Shown: positions 26,193 to 31,167 of the stretch, one piece after another
Layout of the letters: every line of letters starts with the position of its first letter
Numbering within the stretch: position 1 is the first letter of the stretch
IMG/VR virus record: IMGVR_UViG_3300040985_000793
Span: 1 to 31,167 of that record
DNA: 31,167 nt
Strand: one strand, 5' to 3'
From: a virus
Lineage: Duplodnaviria > Caudoviricetes
Notes under the pieces: model-generated
Told to the model about the DNA's origin: nothing
Seen by the model: only the letters and a program-made list of their open reading frames with translations
Databases searched by the model: none
Translations under genes and position numbers: made by a program

Positions 26193-26885
26193 ATGGTTTA
26201 TGGTGGTTATGGATACGGCACAACGCCATACGGTGGCAGGACTGGTGGCAAGAGGGTATTGTCAAACGTGTTTTCTCTACCGAACACAACAACGCAGATG
26301 AAGTCGGTGCGGTTTGGAAGGTCTGAAAATACAGAAGTGTTTGAAAGTCCTATCTCCGGAAGTGTTCAGACTGCCGAATTAACCGGAGGCAAGTGGATGG
26401 CTACGTTTAGCCTTGTAACATTAACACGGGCAGAGGCTCAGGCATGGATTGCGTTCTTGATAAAATTACGGGGTATGTCAGGGCGTTTCTATGCACATGA
26501 CCCGTCAAACGTGTCAGCACTTGGGAGTTTGACTGGTAGTGCGCCAGTTGTCAATGGAGGAAGTCAGACAGGAGACTCATTGCTGGTGTCAGGATTTGCG
26601 CTATCAACAACAGGCGTTTTGCTTGCAGGGGATGCTATTTCATTTGACACTGCCACATGGAGGGAAAGGCATATTGTGACAACTGATGTTGATTCTGACA
26701 GTTCCGGCAATGCTACAATTCCACTTGCGTTCCCGATCCGTGAAAGTCCAATCCAAAGCGATCCAATTGTGACCACACGTGCATCTTGTATTATGAGGCT
26801 TGCAGATAATGACCAAGCGTTCTGGGATGTTCAACAGGCATTGAGGTTTGGTATACAGTTTACAGGTGTGGAGGTTTTTAAATAA
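26193..26885 (+). CDS. distal tail protein (Dit-like)
   Basis: FESPISGSVQT....G.W.A......R.EA..W.AFL..LRG..G.F..HDP; ends F..VE; follows TMP. Confidence 0.8.
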   Translation: MVYGGYGYGTTPYGGRTGGKRVLSNVFSLPNTTTQMKSVRFGRSENTEVFESPISGSVQTAELTGGKWMATFSLVTLTRAEAQAWIAFLIKLRGMSGRFYAHDPSNVSALGSLTGSAPVVNGGSQTGDSLLVSGFALSTTGVLLAGDAISFDTATWRERHIVTTDVDSDSSGNATIPLAFPIRESPIQSDPIVTTRASCIMRLADNDQAFWDVQQALRFGIQFTGVEVFK

Positions 26886-27448
26886 TGACAAGGGATGTTG
26901 ATGCAGCACAAGTAACATTATCAAAGGAAGATGTATACAGGCCATTTGTATTAGTGGAAATGCAATTTGACTCCGGTACGGTTTACGTGTGTTCTCTTGA
27001 TAGAAATATTACATTCAGTGGCAATTCTTATCTGGGTGTGGGTAATTTTGGCAAGATAGGCATGACCAAAGAGACTGCACAAGCAGAAGCATCTGGGGTA
27101 AGTATGGAATTATCAGGTATTCCGAACACGTATATCAATGCGGCAAAGGATGAAGAATATCACGGCAGAACGGTTATAGTCCGTCAGGGTTTTCTTGATT
27201 CAAATTTTGCACTGTCTGGTATCGGTGATCCTGCTATTTTATTTCAAGGCATCATAGATCAGATGATGATAACGGTGGGCAACACTTCAACCGTTGTATT
27301 AACTGCGGAAGATGATTGGATACGATGGGAAGAACCAATCAAATCATTATACACAAACGAGGAACAGCAACATCTGTATGCAGGGGATTTGGGTCTTGAG
27401 TTTGTTAATCAGGTAGTTGATAAGCAATTAATTTGGGGTAGACAATGA
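26885..27448 (+). CDS. tail hub/minor tail protein (gpL-like)
   Basis: YLGVG.FG.I....E, LSGIP, YTNEEQQ..Y.GD.GLEFV....DK...WG motifs. Confidence 0.8.
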   Translation: MTRDVDAAQVTLSKEDVYRPFVLVEMQFDSGTVYVCSLDRNITFSGNSYLGVGNFGKIGMTKETAQAEASGVSMELSGIPNTYINAAKDEEYHGRTVIVRQGFLDSNFALSGIGDPAILFQGIIDQMMITVGNTSTVVLTAEDDWIRWEEPIKSLYTNEEQQHLYAGDLGLEFVNQVVDKQLIWGRQ

Positions 27449-27855
27449 GATATGAGCAATGGCCTGAGTTACTAGATCAATACGTTATTGATAATCAGAG
27501 AAAACCTTATAAATATGGCACAGCAGATTGTGTTACATTTATGGCTGGATTGGTGGCATTGATAACGGGCAAGGATGTCTTGAAGGGCAAACGATACAGC
27601 GGAGAAAAGAGCGCATTGAAACTATTAAAGAAACACGGTGGTCTTTATAATCTGGTTGATATTCAGTTTGAGAAAGTTGGATTTAAAAAGATTGACGTTA
27701 TGAGGGCAAGGCGTGGTGATGTTGTCGGGTTTAAGACAGAGGCGCACGGTGAGACAGTCGGCGTTTGTGTCGGTAATATGTTTGTGAGTCAAGGTTCTGA
27801 TGGGTTGGTGTTTCTACCAATGAGAAAATCCGAACTTGCGTGGGAGGTTAAATAG
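27445..27855 (+). CDS. NlpC/P60-like tail tip protein (gpK-like, DUF6950-like)
   Basis: W...L.......P..YG..DC..F, A.RGDVV, G.C.G motifs. Confidence 0.8.
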   Translation: MRYEQWPELLDQYVIDNQRKPYKYGTADCVTFMAGLVALITGKDVLKGKRYSGEKSALKLLKKHGGLYNLVDIQFEKVGFKKIDVMRARRGDVVGFKTEAHGETVGVCVGNMFVSQGSDGLVFLPMRKSELAWEVK

Positions 27856-30753
27856 ATGGGCAAAGCAGTTGCGGCAGTTGCGGTTGTTGTGGGTGCGGCA
27901 GCAATTGTTGTTGCCACAGGTGGCATTGGTGGTGCAGCGTTGTTCCAATTTGGTGCTGCAATGGCTCTTGGCGGTGCAAGCCAACTCTTAGCACCAAAGC
28001 CACAGAAACCAGAATTTTCGAGTTTAGGGGGTGCAGAGGGTGGCGGTTCATTAATCCAACAACAGCGTCAGCGGTTGCAGACGGTGCGCAGTTCGGTGGC
28101 GGCCAGACAAATAATATATGGGGAAACAGTTGTTTCTGGTGTCTTGGTCGCTGCTTTTTCTTCCGGTGCAGATAATGAATATATTCATCTTGTCTTGGCC
28201 TTAGCTGGGCATGAGGTTGATGAAATCAAAACAGTGTGGTTTGACGATACTGTTTCAACAGATAGTAGATATACAGGACTTTCTAGATTAAATACACACA
28301 CAGGAACGGCAACACAAGCTGCGGACACTGACCTTGTTAGTGACATAACAGAGTGGACAACGGCACACCAATTGAAGGGAATTGCCTATTTGTACGCAAG
28401 GCTCAAATGGGATGTTGACGTATGGCTCAGAGGCATTCCAAATATCAAGGTATTAGTTAAAGGAAAAAAGATATATGACCCACGTGACGGGCTGACAGAC
28501 TGGACAGATAATCCTATTATTTGTCAGCGTGATTTTCTTCTCAATGAGTTCAATGCGGCATCAGGCTCAGTGGATGACACCGTTATCGCTGCACAGGCCA
28601 ACGTGTGTGACGAAGATGTCTCTTTGCGTGTCTCAAGTAGCATAACGTCCTTTGCGGATGCTGGTGGCGGTCAGGTAACGGTAGAGAGTGTTAATCATGG
28701 CCTTTCAAGTGGCGCATCCGTAGAGCATACAGGAACGACAAACTATAATGGATCGTTTTTGGCTACCAATATAACTGTCGATACATACGAAATTACAGCT
28801 ACATGGGTGTCTGATGATGCTACCGGAACATGGACAAAGGGCATTACAGCGGTTGCGGATGCTGGTGGTGGCGAAGTGACAGTTACAGTGGTAGCGCACA
28901 GGTTGGCAAATGGCAGTACGGTCACGCAAGCAGGAACTACCGATTACAATGGCGATTATTTAATTTCCGATGTTACTGCTGACACGTACAAGATTACAGC
29001 CACATGGGTGTCAAGTCAAACAGGAACAATATCGGCTGCAAATCAAGACAGGTATGTTTGCAATGGTCAATTATTGCGTAACGATGTACCAATTAACATG
29101 ATGGAACGTCTCAAGAGTTCTTGCGCTGGTACTAATGTCAGACAGCAGGGTGTGTATAAATTGTATGCAGGGGCTTATGTCGTGCCGACAGTCACACTGA
29201 CTGCGGATGATTTACGGGGTGATGTGCAAATCCAAACAAAAGACAGTAGGAAGGATTTATACAATGGAGTAAAAGGCGAGTTCATAAACGCAGCAGATAA
29301 TTATTTGACAACAAATTTTCCACCGTTGACAAATTCATCATTTGAAACGGATGATGGTGGTGTTCAAATAATCAAATCAATTGAGTTACCATTCACAGAT
29401 AATGGTATCAGGGCGCAGAGACTGGCAAAGATTGTTCAGTTGAGATCACGGCAGGGGGTCAAGGTTGTTTTTCCGGCAAAGATGACAGCGTTTGAAATAG
29501 CTGCATGGGATACGGTCAATCTTACACTTGCAAAACTTGGCTGGACAAACAAGACTTTTCGGGTTCTGTCATGGTCGATGGCTGCAAAGGGTGGGATTGA
29601 TTTAGAATTACAGGAAGAATCCAGTACAGACTGGGCATGGTTGTCATCTGATGAATTGGCGATCCCTGATCCGGTGGCGATGACTATTCCCGATCCATAT
29701 ACGGTGACAGCACCAGCGAGTTTGACATTGACATCTGGTGCAACTGAGTTGATTGATAAGGCTGATGGAACGCAAGTCAGCAGGATCAAGGCTGCATGGA
29801 CTACGAGTACAGATCAGTTCGTTTTGGTTGGTGGATTCTTTGAGGTTGAGTTCAAGAAAAACGCTGATTCAGTGTGGTTGAGTGGCCCGATTGTAGACGG
29901 CTTACTTGCGCAGGGACATATCTCAGACGTTGATGACGGTGTTGCGTATGATGTAAGAGTCAGGGCGGTTAATTCACTTGGCAGACGTTCAGCATGGTCA
30001 ACGTCAAGCAATCATACAGTTGTGGGTAAGGCTGGCGCACCGAGTACGCCAACGGGGTTATCAGCAACGGCACGAAAACTCACAATAGAATTATCATGGA
30101 CTGATAATACGGACAGTGATCTTGCAGGGTATGACGTACAACGGGCAGACGATTCAGGATTTAGCACAAATCTGGTAACACTGAGCGATGTATTCAAGGG
30201 GACATATTACATTGATGATCTCGGCACTAAAGGTACATTGAGATACTACCGCATCAGGGCCGTTAATAGGTCAGGCAATGCGAGTTCATACACATCTGGT
30301 GTAAGTGCAACCACTGACGGCGTGGACACTGAGCAGGTTGTCGATAACGCAGTCACTGTAAGTGGGTCAGCGAGGACAGCAGGCTCAGTGACATATAGTA
30401 CAAGTATCACGACATTACAAGAGGTGACGATTACTACTGACGGCAATACACCTGTTGCAATTTGGGGATCATTTCAAACATGGACAACAGTGGCTTCAAG
30501 GTCTTCAATATATGATATTATACACGTTGGCACAGGTACTACAATCACATCATCCGGAATAGTACACAAGCAGTCAACAGGTGGTGATGTTAGGACTGAT
30601 GGGGGAACGATAATGGAAGCAAATATTGCCATGATTGGATTATATACACCAACTTCATCCGGTAGCCATACATTTAGAATGAGGGCAACACATAATGGCG
30701 CTGGTGGCATTTCTGATAATAGAAACTTAGTCGTAATGGAGCTTAAAAAATAA
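27856..30753 (+). CDS. central tail fibre / host-specificity protein J-like with FN3 domains
   Basis: IIYGET.VSG, GHEVD.I, L.GIAY, VKGKK.YDPR, W.DNP...D hub motifs; ELPFT....AQRLAKI; FN3 motifs YDVRVRAVN and YYRIRAVNRSGN. Confidence 0.92.
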   Translation: MGKAVAAVAVVVGAAAIVVATGGIGGAALFQFGAAMALGGASQLLAPKPQKPEFSSLGGAEGGGSLIQQQRQRLQTVRSSVAARQIIYGETVVSGVLVAAFSSGADNEYIHLVLALAGHEVDEIKTVWFDDTVSTDSRYTGLSRLNTHTGTATQAADTDLVSDITEWTTAHQLKGIAYLYARLKWDVDVWLRGIPNIKVLVKGKKIYDPRDGLTDWTDNPIICQRDFLLNEFNAASGSVDDTVIAAQANVCDEDVSLRVSSSITSFADAGGGQVTVESVNHGLSSGASVEHTGTTNYNGSFLATNITVDTYEITATWVSDDATGTWTKGITAVADAGGGEVTVTVVAHRLANGSTVTQAGTTDYNGDYLISDVTADTYKITATWVSSQTGTISAANQDRYVCNGQLLRNDVPINMMERLKSSCAGTNVRQQGVYKLYAGAYVVPTVTLTADDLRGDVQIQTKDSRKDLYNGVKGEFINAADNYLTTNFPPLTNSSFETDDGGVQIIKSIELPFTDNGIRAQRLAKIVQLRSRQGVKVVFPAKMTAFEIAAWDTVNLTLAKLGWTNKTFRVLSWSMAAKGGIDLELQEESSTDWAWLSSDELAIPDPVAMTIPDPYTVTAPASLTLTSGATELIDKADGTQVSRIKAAWTTSTDQFVLVGGFFEVEFKKNADSVWLSGPIVDGLLAQGHISDVDDGVAYDVRVRAVNSLGRRSAWSTSSNHTVVGKAGAPSTPTGLSATARKLTIELSWTDNTDSDLAGYDVQRADDSGFSTNLVTLSDVFKGTYYIDDLGTKGTLRYYRIRAVNRSGNASSYTSGVSATTDGVDTEQVVDNAVTVSGSARTAGSVTYSTSITTLQEVTITTDGNTPVAIWGSFQTWTTVASRSSIYDIIHVGTGTTITSSGIVHKQSTGGDVRTDGGTIMEANIAMIGLYTPTSSGSHTFRMRATHNGAGGISDNRNLVVMELKK

Positions 30754-31079
30754 TGGCAAAGACAGGCGTTAATTATAATAAAATAACGGGTGAGATAGGC
30801 AGGGTGGTTATTGTGTCGAAGGATAGTGACTTGACACTTAATAAACAACACGGAATGACCTTGATGGAGGTGGCCGCCGATCATCCGTGCGTAGGTCTGC
30901 CGGATGAATACGAAGTCAAAGAATACGAAGTCAAAGAAGGCAAAGTCAAAGAAGGCAAAGTCAAAGAAGGCAAAGTCAAAGAAGGCAAAGTCAAAGAAGG
31001 CAAAGTCAAAAAGAAAACCGCAGCACGTATCAAAAAAGAGAAGAAAGAAAAGGCCGACAAAAAGAACATTATAATCTAA
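30753..31079 (+). CDS. hypothetical protein with Lys/Glu tandem repeat (possible tail-tip accessory)
   Basis: TAATG overlap with the J stop; YNKITGEI motif; (E[Y/G][E/K]VK)x7. Confidence 0.65.
   Translation: MAKTGVNYNKITGEIGRVVIVSKDSDLTLNKQHGMTLMEVAADHPCVGLPDEYEVKEYEVKEGKVKEGKVKEGKVKEGKVKEGKVKKKTAARIKKEKKEKADKKNIII
30906..31010 (+). repeat. 15-bp tandem repeat, 7 copies
   Basis: 2 x GAATACGAAGTCAAA then 5 x GAAGGCAAAGTCAAA. Confidence 0.95.
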
Positions 31080-31095
31080 AAGAATCACCTCACTT

Positions 31096-31130
31096 GGTCA
31101 GGTAGTCGTGTCCACAGCGATTACTTGACC
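31096..31130. terminator. stem-loop at the end of the late operon
   Basis: GGTCAGGTAGTCG pairs with CGATTACTTGACC (2 G-U); followed by TCACTTCCTT. Confidence 0.45.
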
Positions 31131-31167
31131 TCACTTCCTTGTCGTAACTACATACGCCGTATACACA

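Noticed and set aside
30906-31010. Possible CRISPR array
   Set aside because: 15-bp head-to-tail repeats with no spacers, in frame within a CDS, and no cas genes
30474-31088. Minus-strand 204-aa ORF with FFDFA repeats
   Set aside because: Antisense shadow of the tandem repeat and the J gene end
1-31167. Alternative genetic code / stop-codon reassignment
   Set aside because: Core genes are full length in the standard code and end in TAA, TAG and TGA

Overview
The window is a partial genome of a tailed dsDNA bacteriophage with a long non-contractile (siphovirus-type) tail. Essentially all real genes lie on the + strand, and bases 2-35 are an untrimmed Illumina Nextera adapter. Gene order: early/replication region (SSB, Gp157-like protein, PAPS-reductase-like protein, replication initiator and loader, DUF551, VRR-NUC), then a moron-like block (O-antigen ligase/WaaL-PglL-like polytopic membrane protein, membrane protein plus lipoprotein pair), then ParB-methyltransferase, terminase small/large, portal, MuF-like protein, HK97 protease and capsid. 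After the capsid come three Ser/Thr-rich fibre/decoration-like genes, followed by neck, tail tube, a -1 frameshifted tail chaperone pair, a short tape measure, Dit, hub, an NlpC-like protein and a J-like central fibre. The most striking feature is that all three post-capsid proteins, one of them a fibre with an S74 chaperone, begin with canonical Sec signal peptides. The same phage encodes a periplasm-facing WaaL/PglL-type glycosyltransferase, which suggests an exported and possibly glycosylated decoration/fibre system. There are also two candidate structured RNAs (a tRNA-like element with two T-loops, and a GNRA three-way junction). No integrase, repressor or endolysin is recognisable in the window. 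All family assignments come from motif recognition and synteny, not from database searches.
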